Shown here in pieces: positions 12,760 through 26,760 of a DNA stretch of 64,000 bases; position 1 is the first letter of the stretch, and every line of letters starts with the position of its first letter. Made by a program: the position numbers and the translations under genes. Below the pieces are notes generated by a model. That model was not told where the DNA came from, did no database searches, and saw only the letters and a program-made list of their open reading frames with translations. This DNA is from Microthyrium microscopicum (Eukaryota), in NCBI GenBank assembly GCA_010405405.1, contig MU004232.1:1569481-1633480 (forward strand), given 5' to 3'.

Positions 12760-15700
12760 ATGATGGATGGTTGTTGGACCCCAGGTAAGAGCTGGTCTTT
12801 CTTGAAAGCATCACGAGCTGACTTCTGCTAGGCACTCTGGATTCTGCTAGGCGTTCTGGATTCTGCTTGGCTTGCAGACTGCCCCCGGCAGAAGCACCAT
12901 CCGGTCAATCCAAGCCCATTGTCAGGGAACTGCAATCTCTCATGCAACAACTCCAGGCACTCAAAGTTATTGACGCTAAGAGGCGCGGCCAAGCTCAAGT
13001 TTTCAAGATGACTTTCATGGCAGCCCAGGCAGAAATTCGTTACCTGGACTCTACACAGGGAGCGGCACTATTTACCAGCGTCCGTAAATGCTTGCTGCGC
13101 CTCAACCAAGGCCAGCATACAGCTGGAGCATTTCAACCTATGACGCTTTTCTGCACTTCGGTATACAAGGACTTTTTCTTACGACTATGCTGGCATGTCT
13201 TAAAGACAGAGAAGACAAAGAAATTCAGGTTCCTGTTGCCTGGACTTTGGACAGTTTGCCTTTTCGAATCATTATACAATCACGCCCAGGCGCTGGATCT
13301 GGAATCAAAATTCGTGGAAGATATGGACTCTGTTCCTCACGTCCTGCGTCAAGCGTTCCGACATGGTGATCATAACTTTATGGTGCTGCGCCTCTATTCC
13401 GGCCCTAGCAAGCACACTTCCAGGTCCACGGGGCATTTGTGTCCAAGCCGATCCGGTATCCTATGTTCACAAAGGCTCTCTCATGAAACTTCCTGGACTC
13501 CTAATGCCGGCCATGGCAGCTCTTCTTTCCTAAGACATCAAGTGGTTCTGTAGGCCTGAGTGCCTGAGTGCCTGTGGGCCTGGAGTCAACTGGAACTTGG
13601 CAGACAGGAACTCAGTTGGCCAGGTTTGCCATGTAGGAGGGGACTGGTCCGGATCCGAGTGACTCAAACACCAGCTGCTCACGCTCAGGAGGTACCTTCA
13701 TCCTTGAAGCGAAAGGCCTACGTGGTGAGTCGATGCACGAGCCACTCAGCAACAGAGCCAGGCTCTGAGATCCTCTAGTTTCTCATGGGGCTTGATGACA
13801 GAGACTGTGCCTGGTGGCTGTTTCCGAGTTGGCAGATCTGACGCCCATGAGATTGCGTCCTGGCCTGTTCTCACAATCCGCCTTGCCAGTCAAAGACTTC
13901 AGGGCGGATGGAGCAGTCGGCTGCCGCATTCCAGCGCCGAACCTACTACCATCTCGCATTGCCGGTCAAGGCCTTCAGGGCGAGGAAGGCAAACAGCTGC
14001 GCATTCCAATGCCTGCGGAGAGATCATATGAAGTCAGTCTAGCTTGTCTAGTTTGTCAACTCTCACACAGGAGAAGGCCCCATTCTCCGTACGATAAGCC
14101 AGCGAATGTCCATGCTGCACACCCTGCTCCATTGTTCGCCATACCTATCATGGAGCACTGGATGTCAGGTTTCTCGATGATCTGGGTCGCGGCACCCAAC
14201 GATAGAACAGCAAAACTCAGGTAGCTCTTAGCCGGCGACAGACCGTTCCCTCTATCAGGATCAAGCTCCGGTTCCAATGTAGCGTAGTATTCTCTCAGGA
14301 ATTGTGGTGCATCGAACCACAGCGGAGTTTTTGATGTCAGGAGATTGGCTTGCGAAGAAACTCAATCCGCGTCGGCACTTGCGCAGAATATGCCGCGACT
14401 GTTGACCGCAGTACTCAGATCCAGAACAAGACAAGACCTTATCAAGGAGATCGCAGGATGACGGCGACTCCCATACCAGAACGGCCAAGCTTCAATGGCA
14501 CCTAGGAAGGACCCTCGACTGCCTCTGGAGCAGCTTGGAAACACTTTTCCAATCATGTTCAAACTACAAAGAGCCGTAGGTGGTGTTCTTGGCTTTGAAG
14601 ACCACTCTTCAAACCATAGATATCCGAATAACGCGATCACGGACCGTATGAGCTGTGGTGCTGACCATTACCGTCTCAAACATTGCCCTACGAGTCACAG
14701 GATTGATCTCATCCCCAAGTCCTTCAGGAGTTACCAGAGGCACTCTACACTTTACCAATCATCCTAAATTGAAGCCATGGTATTATAGGTGTGCGAGAGG
14801 TGAGAGATTTGCCGCCAAGAGGATCACGGGCAGCGCCTCGTAACGCACTCCCAAGAAACTTAGAACGGGTCGTTGCCGACAGCCAGATTCATATCCGCAG
14901 ATCGCAACCTGACCTTCAGGATCGCAGCTCGTGGCCTGGCTCACATCTTGAATGCTATTACGCGTCATAACCCCAGAGGAGTCGGTGTTCTAAGCTCGAG
15001 CCAATGGCTCTAACCGCTCTTGATCTACGGCAAAACGACTGCGTGCTCGAGCATTTCAGGTCTGTCGGAGATCTTTCGAGCGAGGTTCAACGACATCCCA
15101 TGCCGGTCTTTAACAGGTGGATCCGGAACTGACAGCACTACCCATAGGAGTGTCTTGTCTCCCTCACCATTCAAATCATTTGTTGGCCATAGGTGCCAAA
15201 GAATGCGATGGCAAACATCACGCATCCTATTCGGCTTTACAAAAAATGTAGGAAGGACTGAACGGAGTTACCTGGAATGTCCCTAGAACCCATCCTCATT
15301 CAAATCAGTGTACATGAGCTTCGGGTTTGGGTGTCAAGGAGATTCTGGACACACAGGTCGGAAAAGTCGTTCCATGTCTGAATGGCAAGACATGTTCGTG
15401 ACCTTGGACAAACACAACCCGCGTTCATTCCGCAGAAATGATCGGCCCACGCAAGCCTTTTCATATGGCCCAGCCATCTGAAGAGATGCTTACCTGAACT
15501 ACAGGAACAAAACTGTGTTTTGTCTCATCAAACTTCCTAAACGGACAACATCGATTTACAGGAGTCTGCTCGTGGCTGTGATGAACAATTCATGGATTTC
15601 TATTATAGGTGGAACTCCTTCCGGGCATGCTTGACGCATATACATCGCGGTTGATATCAAATCGTGTTCATAGTGTAGCACACTACATTGAGATCGCCCG

Positions 15701-16700
15701 GGCTATTCACTCTCAACATGAAGCATCAGTCAAGAAGGCAATCAATGACATGTCTCCCGAGACAGCTCGCGGTACCAAATATGGCAAGGACGCGAACTTG
15801 GCTCAACGATGGAAACAATTCTTTTATCGAAAGGCGTTGAACTGCGGAACCGCACCTCCTTGAATTTACTGGATGGCCACTCCACACTCAATCGTCGTTG
15901 ACAATCTAACATGGCTAAGTGGTCGCCGTGCTGGAGGACTTGTCACAGGCTTTTCAACAGCCTTGACTAGACACACAGGACGAGTGTTGGCTAACACTGG
16001 CTTGAATAATGCTCATTCCGAAGACGAGAAAAGTTTGGACAGGAAGTCTTCGGCTGTGACGGAAGCCAGGCGACCGTGACATAGATCCGACACTATCACT
16101 TCACGACCTATGGTTACGCTGTTGTCTGCGAGAATGACATAGCCCCACAACCAAGTTTCAGAAACCAGGAGAAATTTGGGCGGCCGAATGTAACAGAACT
16201 GCTTGTATTGGGCAGAACTACTGGGACGCCAGACAAAGACAGGGAATCAAAAAATGACTACCATCGGAGTCAGGCCTACGTCGCTCTGCTGCTGGATACG
16301 CATTGATCGCCGGAGCTCAGCATCCTCAACATCCAGCAGTTTGTAGGATGCCCGTCCGGTGCTCTTGTGGACCGGAACATACTCAATCACATCAACTTAG
16401 CACTTATGTGGCTGTCTGCTTGTTGCCGGCAACATAACATCCCAGATTTGGAACCTAGGAAGATTCTCTACGCGGGCTCTATGGGACTTTCAAAGCAAAA
16501 ACCCTGATTCTATAATTTCAGGTCGGGGGACTGATTGTCTTTCCTTCAACAAATTTGAGTCATTAAATTCAACTTCCCCCCACAGGGCCTTCTTCCTGAA
16601 GCGAGCATTCGAACTCATAGGTGGAAATCAGTAGTTGGCGGGGCTATTCTAGGTCTGGACTGGTGGAATGGAATCCCAACAGAGTCGATGGTTGCTCAAT
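12760..16700 (+). pseudogene. Decayed large orphan gene (in-frame stops and frameshifts); limits approximate
   Basis: TATAAA near 12549, ATG exon near 12760 and a GTAAGA..GCTGAC..TAG intron splice in frame to ORF 12867-13553. ORF pieces at 13814, 14495 and 15020 share one frame separated by sparse stops, and 15609 and 15873 share another. Confidence 0.5.
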
Positions 16701-16824
16701 ATTGAACTCTCTGGCCGCGTGCAATTCAAACACTACACCTCCAAATTAGAGACGAATATTTCAAGATGGCGTAGTGAGCCGTGTCGTGGAATTCAAAGTG
16801 TAGGAATACCTCCCTAGCTCTGGA

Positions 16825-17481
16825 TTGACGGAGGCTTCGTGGTTCTTCCCCGAATCGGGCGGCAAATCTTTGTGGCGGCGGCGACCAACACAGCCCAGAA
16901 AGATTAGGCAATATGGGAAGTGGATGATCCTCCCGCGTCAAACGGAGGCACTATCCAAGATAAACTTAAAGAGCTTGGTAGGTTGGATGAGCGGAGCGGT
17001 CTGGCGACAAGCATCCGACCCATCGCGGTTACTGATTAGGGAGGCTGAACCATATCACTTCATCATCGTATTCAGGTTGGGAGGTGCCGACCGGCCATCA
17101 TTTCGACACAAAGTAGTTCGAGAAAGAATAGCTTTACGAAAATCGGCGAATTCGAAGTTCAACCCACAACAACCTTACTTGTTCCCTCTCTTGAAGCTCA
17201 ACAAGCAGATCCACGAGGAAGCCTCTTCGATTCTATATGAACAGAAATTCAAGTTCGCCAGTCCGGACGTTGCAGTCAACTTTCTATTCATGATCAACAG
17301 TAACAGGAAATTCTTGGGTCATGTCACTTGGGACCCAGATCCAGGCTCTGACTGCAGCCTTTGGCACCAAGAACAAGACATGAAGAATGTTTTCAAAATT
17401 AAGAGGCAGCGGACGGGCAATGAAAGCGTTCAAAATGCAAAGATTCTTGCACAGGATTGGATCATCCGGAGGATCTACTAG
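16825..17481 (+). CDS. Hypothetical protein of a common fungal F-box-like/DUF-type class; start uncertain, possibly truncated
   Basis: PLLKLNKQIHEEASSILYEQKFKF motif typical of these fungal hypotheticals; first ATG near 16924. Confidence 0.55.
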   Translation: MTEASWFFPESGGKSLWRRRPTQPRKIRQYGKWMILPRQTEALSKINLKSLVGWMSGAVWRQASDPSRLLIREAEPYHFIIVFRLGGADRPSFRHKVVRERIALRKSANSKFNPQQPYLFPLLKLNKQIHEEASSILYEQKFKFASPDVAVNFLFMINSNRKFLGHVTWDPDPGSDCSLWHQEQDMKNVFKIKRQRTGNESVQNAKILAQDWIIRRIY

Positions 17482-18055
17482 CTTCATTAGGAGGTCTGTA
17501 TTCGCGTGAATTCGATGATGGAGAAAAGGTTTACAGGCGCGCTGGGGGAGTGGGTCTATTTCTACACAAACGCAAAGCATTAGTATATGTATTTCGGCGG
17601 AGAATGAAAACACGAAAAAGGTCGTAATAATAATACCAACCATGCAGTGACTGTGATCGTGTATTGTGATGCCCATGCTCGCAAAATGAGCTCTTGATGT
17701 TGAAACACAGGCCACGGAGAAACTATCACATTAGCAGAGACGTCAGCAAGAAGCAGGACAATGATGTAAAGACAAAAGACACAATTCCCTCTATTTTCAC
17801 TAACTGTACAAGAAGCCCAGCACAACTGGACCCAAACGACTACGCTCCCCAACATTGCTGCTCATCTCCCCTAGTAGTAGATCTGACAAAGAGAACAAGC
17901 AGTAGATTAAGGCGAGTTGAGATAAAGCCAAGCACACATCACCATAAGTGGAGATGATGTGGTATCCCTTTTTGCCATTCACCCACTGAAAATAGAGTTT
18001 ACCCTACATCGCCATCGAAACCTTTGCTTTTGAAACACGCGATAGAACGGGTCGC

Positions 18056-20015
<1,960 letters not shown>

Positions 20016-20554
20016 TGTGAAGGAGTTTTGTGTTGAGTGGGGAGTTGGAGATGTTGAGAGAAAGATTTGGACAGCTTCCTTCAAGATGGAAAGAGAATTG
20101 GCTTGGCAAGCTGGGTCGAAGCTTCCGTGTTTTTACCGAGCTGTTCTGGTTCACGACCGCCTGAGGAGCAACTAGGTCAACACTGCACCTTTCACAGATT
20201 ATTGTTCTCTTCTGAACTTTGTATACTCTCAGTATGGTCTAATTGAGCTCCGTCAAATTTATCTGGTCCATATAACCACTCGTTGGCTTGCTGTAGACTA
20301 CAAAAAGCTTGAGTAAATTTCATGTCACGTGCATCTTTCCGCCTGAGGCCTCAGTACCAGTTATCATTGAAATGGTCGTTGGTGCCTTAAGGTTCTGGTT
20401 CTCAACCCCATGTGGTTTTCTATCGCGAGGCTGCAACATTCACTGTTGCTTCAACATTGAACACTGGATCAGATCACATCAAGTTGATCAGCATTCTCGA
20501 TTCTGCGTCGCAGTTCCATCCATTCTGGCTTGATTCATTTGCTCCTTTTCCATA

Positions 20555-22182
20555 ATGGATATTGATCAGGACTCTACAAGCCCGTTACATACACTTAGAC
20601 AGCTCGCGCCCATCACCATTGATTCGGAGCCCAAGCTGCAGGCCTGGAAGGACCGTCAAATCGAACACTACATCCACAGCAATCCCAGATCACGCGCGGC
20701 TCATACTGAAGCATGCACCTATCTGCCTGGTGGAAACACACGCTCCAACCTGTATCATGAACCCTTTCCCTTGACTCTAGTCTCTGGCCATGACTGCTTC
20801 GTGACTTCGCTAGACGGAGACGAACTATTAGATTTTGTGGGCGAGATGACAGCCGGCATATTTGGCCACTCTCATCCCAGGATTCTCAATGCGATTACGG
20901 AAGCTACACGCAATGGCATAAGTTTAGGTGGATGTAGCGAAAAGGAAGTTCAGCTTGCCAAAAAGATCACCGAACGATTTCCTAGTATGCAGCGAATGAG
21001 GTTCTGCAACTCGGGTTCCGAGGCAAACACGTTGGCGATAGCGGTGGCGATCAATTATACTGGACGGTAAGGTTCACCAGTGCCAAATCACATATCTTGA
21101 CAACATCATAAACTCCAAAACGTCGCATATCCCGTCGCAACTGACGGCTTCTATACAATTCGTCCTTAGCCGATTGCCCTGAATCCCACCGAATGCAATG
21201 GGTGTTGCACGTTGTAACCACGAAAAGATCATTTGCTCTTTCTCAGCATCTCACTTACCTTAGCTCTGCTCATAAACCTGTACTGACTATTTGCAGGAAA
21301 AAGGTATCGTTCGCATGAATGTGTTTGAATGGATATTGATTTATCGAGACTAACATTTAAGAGATACTGGTTTTCCAAAATGGCTACCATGGTGGGTTTC
21401 TTAACTTCGGGGCATCTGCACCAGGAAAATCTACTATTCCATTCGAGTGGGTGATGGCCAGATACGACGACGTCGCAAGTGTCAAGCAAGCAGTCGAAGA
21501 TAACAGCGACACCATCGCGGCCATCATCGTCGAGCCTATGCAGGGCGCCGGTGGTGCCATTCCAGCATCCACAGATTTCCTCCAGTTTTTGCGGTACATA
21601 GCTACGCAAATTGGTGCCGTTCTGATTTTCGACGAAATAATTACCTCTCGTCTACACTATCATGGTCTCCAAGGGCAACACGGAATAGATCCAGATATGA
21701 CGACGATCGGAAAGTACCTTGCTGGTGGTTTTCCATTCGGCGCCTTCGGTGGTCGTGAAGACATCATGGCCATCATGAATCCCGAAACTGGCTTTTCTCA
21801 CTCCGGGACCTTCAACAATAACGTGTTTGCCCTGACCACTGCCATTGAAGCTGCTGATATCCTAGAGCCAGATGTCATGCTGCGGCTCAATTCGCTAGGG
21901 TACAGGCTCAAACGATCTCTGCAAAGACTATTGGAAGATTGCGTCCCCATCGATGTGATGTGGGTCACTGGCTTCGGAAGTGTGCTAGGCATACACTTTG
22001 GAGGTTTGTTCAAAGAACTGCTGCAAGAGTGCTTTTTCTTCTTCCTTCTCAACAGTGGGATTTACTATCGAAAGAGTGGTATGTGTTCGTTGTGCATAAT
22101 GCATACAAAGCAGCATACAAGTCGCTTCGAGTCCGCTATACAGGCGTTCTTGCAAGCGTTGGACGAAATTGTGAGATCTTGA
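20555..22182 (+). CDS. Class III PLP aminotransferase, glutamate-1-semialdehyde aminomutase-like (introns 21067-21296, 21304-21363)
   Basis: LPGGNTRS, FGHSHP, RFCNSGSEAN, GYHGG, IIVEPMQG, LIFDEI, GKYLAGGFPFGAFGG and HSGTFNNN motifs. Confidence 0.9.
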
Positions 22183-22316
22183 CCCAGTCCAAGCCAGCCA
22201 TAAGGTCGGAGATGACGATGCCCAGACGCGGTATTCAAGGACATCATATCATAACATATTTATGACTCCCTAGGTAGCGAAGCGACATTATTGAGGTCAT
22301 GATACGCTACCAAACC

Positions 22317-24417
22317 CTATGTCTTCCTTCCCTGGCTTTTCATCTTGTTCAACATAGCCGGATCAATCTTAATACCCTTCGGTGGAGGTGGCGGAGCATT
22401 CTTCTGCTTCATCTGAGCCAGAATGGCTGGATTCACTGTAACAGTCTTGGGTGCCGATGGTGTTGGCTTCGTAGCCTTCATCTGCGACAGAACCTTCGGA
22501 TCTATCTTAATGCCTTTCTTTGTGGTCGGAGCAGGAGTGGCCTTCTTGGCTTGCATAGGTGCACTATTTGTAGGTTTCAAGATCGACTTTGGTGTCCTCG
22601 GATTTGGCACGATGGGTTTGGACCTTGGTATTGGTAAGTCCGGGTCATCGCCAGATCTTGAGACCGAGGAACCTGGATGCACTGTGGTTTTCAGCGAGTA
22701 CTGTCTCCGATGGGTCGGTGGAATTGAAGGAATTGGTGGAACTGGCGGGACTTTGTTTACTGGAGTCTTTCCCTTCATCGCTGGTGCACTGGCAGCAGCA
22801 CTCGCCGGGCCTTTCTTCTTGCCAACTATTCCAGATTTCGCACGAGCTGCAGGTTGCGATTGGACCGACTTAGCTTTCTTTAGAGGCGATGCTAGGTTAG
22901 GAGGTGGTTGAGGAGGTAAGTTTGGCGGTGCTAGTTGACCAGACATGGCGAGTGGTACAGAATTAAGATATTTCTGAATGAGTTCCATCTGAGCACTTTC
23001 GGGCGTGAGTTTACTGATCTCGTTCATCGAAGCCAGGTTCGGAAAGTCCTTCTCCTGCGCCTTTTGTAGCTCTTGACGCTGTCCTTTGGTAGTCTTGTCT
23101 TTTGCCATGCCTAGAGCTCCTTTTCCTTTTTCTCCAGCTTGGGTGATCAACTTCATCAAGTCGTCGGAACTTGATGCTCCATTGGCGAGCGCCAACATCG
23201 CCATTACAGAAGTGACAGGAGCAAATATGGAGAGAAATTCTTCGAGACTGTTGGATTTGATTTGAGTCTCGATGGATTTTGCTGGTTGAGCAATCAACTG
23301 TTTTCGTCCGGTTTTCTGCTGCTGTGACATCCAGCTAACATCGTCTGGGAAGCGATTAAATCGCGTGAAGTGCTCGAGAAGGTAATCTTTTTCTCTCCAG
23401 CGGTTACGCAGCCACACGTCGAATGCTTGGTCATCATCTATTGGGATGGCTGATATCTTGAATCGACGAAAGTGCATGTTCACTGACTTTGGTGGCCTTC
23501 CTTCAAACATGGAGCTTCGAAGGGTGAAGACATCTTGACCAAACTGCCCAGGAGGAATACCTTCATACCCAATTGTGCAGTCATACAGCCATTCTGTCGT
23601 CTCGTGGAGATTTTGAAGAGTGAATTGTAGACCGCGGCTTCGTGGTAGCAATTGATGCTTCATATCTTGGACACCAGTTCTTTCAGCCCATTCTGCGCTT
23701 TTCGCTCGAGTACCTGTGGCCAGATTCGTTCCTTCAGGAAAGATGAGGAGCCACATGGGATCATCAGGTTGATTGAGGCCTTGCAAATGTTCCCGAAATT
23801 GCTTTTGGTCCGTTTCCCACTTTCGCGACAGAAAGATAAAATTATAGAACTGTGCTCCCCAGCCAATGATGGGAACGTTCTTCAAAGATTCTTTGAGAAT
23901 GATGTAGATATAACCATGCATATTATTGGTGTATGCCACCCACCAAAGGTATAGCCAGTCAGTGTAGAGTTGGTGATTCGCCATCATTACAAGCCTCTTC
24001 GGAAACTTGCAGTTCAAAGTCCCATCTTTCTTAAGGAACAATTGCTTTGGTATACTCTTGTCTCCACTGACTCTAACTATTGTAGGTGACCACCATTGTG
24101 TCATTGTAGTGATGAGGACGCCGAAAGACTGCTTTGTATATGCCATATATGTTTGGTAGAACTTGGGATCGATGGCTTTCAGAGGGGCTCCGAGGAATTG
24201 AGATGCGCTTATGCTAGTCTACAATCAGCATTTGAATTCATATTTTGGAATCGAAGGGTACCTACGCCAAAATTCCGGAAAGAAATGTTGAGCCAGCAGT
24301 GAAAGCTCTCTCAACCTGGCCAGTCTTTCCATGCTGTTTTGGCCCAACGTCCGACGCAGGTGTTCTCGTTGTGAGACCAGCTCCAAAGTCTAGTAATGGA
24401 TTTGGCGCCATCTTCAT
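22317..24417 (-). CDS. Lysophospholipid acyltransferase (PlsC family, Cst26/LCLAT-like) with long basic Pro-rich C-terminal tail (intron 24214-24265)
   Basis: NHQLYTDW (HX4D), FIFLSRKW, FPEGT, LLPR, YDCTIGY and WREKD motifs. Confidence 0.9.
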
Positions 24418-24673
24418 GAAGTTGTATATGTTTTGAGGGACAAGTACTGTAAAGCTACATGCTGGAAAAGAGGTTCGTTTTGCCTTCTTAGGGTCCTCGA
24501 TGCTCAAGTAAAGTGGTCAATGTATGATCAACACTGCAGTGATTATTCGATGTAGTACAATTATAGCACTGAAGAGGCCTCACTGGACGATTGTACTATG
24601 ACAGGTGGCGTGGAATAACCTGTTCAGCCTTTTCCAAACACCCTTGTTACACCAACGCCATATCCAATTTGTA

Positions 24674-24729
24674 GGATGCAGGATTTAAGGCAATCTGCAC
24701 GGGCCTTTTGTGTAAAAATACTATACCTT
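24674..24729 (+). repeat. Left terminal inverted repeat
   Basis: ggatgcaggatttaaggcaatctgcacgggccttttgtgtaaaaatactatacctt matches the reverse complement of 32363-32418 with 4 mismatches, all transitions. Confidence 0.95.
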
Positions 24730-24853
24730 AACCTATACTGCTATTTAGATATTTATATGTAATTCTTAACTATTCCTTTATTTATATAAATTATATCTTT
24801 ATTGCGTCAAAATTAATTTCCTATACTTAATCTCTATTATAATTTCTAAAAAA

Positions 24854-26760
24854 ATGCTTCTAAAAGGTACTTATAGTTAGCCTAAATAAGATTATATAAA
24901 TACTACTATTATTAATCTTAAGGTAGATTAACTACTAATACTTATTCTAAATTCTTATAGTAAAAAGAAGACTAATACTACTATAGTTATAATATTAGTA
25001 AAGAGTAGACTACTACTAGAATTTATATTAAGATATTTTAGATATAAATTTATATAGTCTTAGTAAGTAGTAGTACTTTATAGTATACTTATAAAGATAT
25101 ATAATCCTAGTATTAATATATTTACTACTAGATATACTATTAATAACTAGGAAGTAGAAGATATTATTTAGCTATATTAAGTAAGTATTAGTATTAAGAA
25201 GCTAGGTAAGCTAGTAAGTAAAGAAAAGAAGGCTATAACTATTTCTATTAGTATTAAGAACGTAGTTAATAATAATAATAATATTAACTAAGATAATAAT
25301 ATTAATAAAAATATAGGATTTATTATTATAGGAAAGGGTTTACTAAATAGGGTACTATTATTAGTAAAGACTATAAAGGAGAAGTAAGCTTATTAATATA
25401 CTTAAGAATTAGCTAAGCTTTAAGAGTAGCTTTAAGTTACTATTATAATAATAGTAATAGTAGTAATAAATAACGTTACTATTATATCTATACTAGTAGT
25501 TATAAAGAAGGTAGTATTAGTTAAGAATAAAGCTACTAGAACTACTTAAGATATAGTTACTAGCTTAGAGAATAGTAAAATTAAAGAGGATAAAGTTAAG
25601 TAGCTAAGTAATAATAAGCTAGCTAAGAATAAAAGTAATACTATTATTAGTAATAATATAAATAATAATCTATTCTATTATAGTAATAACTTTCTAGTAT
25701 ATAAGGTTAGTATTAAGATAAGAATATTTACTTAAAGTAGTTTAGTATTCTTTAAGAAGATAATACTATTAATAGAGAGGAAGAATTTTTATATTAACGT
25801 CCTTAATAATAAGCTTTATAATATAGATAAATATACTAAGAACTACTAATATACTATTTTAGCTATTAATATTAATTAAAAGTTTTTTTATAATTATTAT
25901 ACTAAAACCTATAGCTATATAGAAGTAATTATATATACTTAATAAAATTTATAAGTTAAAGCTATAGATTACTACTTTTAGAGTAACTTTAAGAGTAGTA
26001 ACTTTTATATAGTTACTATTATTACTAGATTTAATCTAACTAACGTTAAGAATATTATTACTCTAGCCTTAGAGCTCTTACTAAAGGGTTTAGAAATATA
26101 TATAAATTTACTAACTTACTATTTAAATACTATTACTAATTAATATAAGAATTATAGGCTTATTTATACTATAAAGAGATCTATTAAAGAGTAGATATCT
26201 AGAAGGTAGTTATATAATACTAACTATCTTAACTAAGGTAGATTATACTAAAAGGATTCTAAAACTAGTACTTATTATAATATTATTAATACTTAATATT
26301 AGTAATAAGCTTTTATAATAAATATAGGTAAAGCTATAGAAGTTAATACTTCTCTATATTTAGTTATTTTTTAAATAAGAACTTAGGACATAGTTAGTAC
26401 TAAGCTTACTTTTAGAGGTACTTAATTAACTATTTATAATATCTTAAGTAACGTATCTTAGGCTTAGTAAGAATTATAAGAATCCTTAGAAACTTAGTAA
26501 CTTTAGGACTAATAAAATAGGATTACTACTTAAGTTAATTATTAGGCTAAATAAGCTTAGGCTACTTAGAATACTACTAAGCTTTATAAAGTAGTATTAA
26601 ACTAGTAAATAGACTATATAAAACATAATTACTAAAAGGATAATTAATAAGAATAAGATATTACTACTTATTAAATAGAGAAAGAAGAGGCTAAGAAAGA
26701 GGCTAGAGAGTTATAATAAAAATAGCGTAAGCTATAAAAGATAATATTAGTATCTTAAAT
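24854..26760 (+). pseudogene. RIP-mutated cargo ORF A of the transposon, with a probable Cys/His domain
   Basis: ATG at 24854; purine-rich coding-like strand; back-mutation of RIP transitions gives MPPKG..GRPKR at the start and W-x-C-x3-C-x-N-x4-CW-x-DP-x4-HY near 26205-26290 (inferred). Confidence 0.5.
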
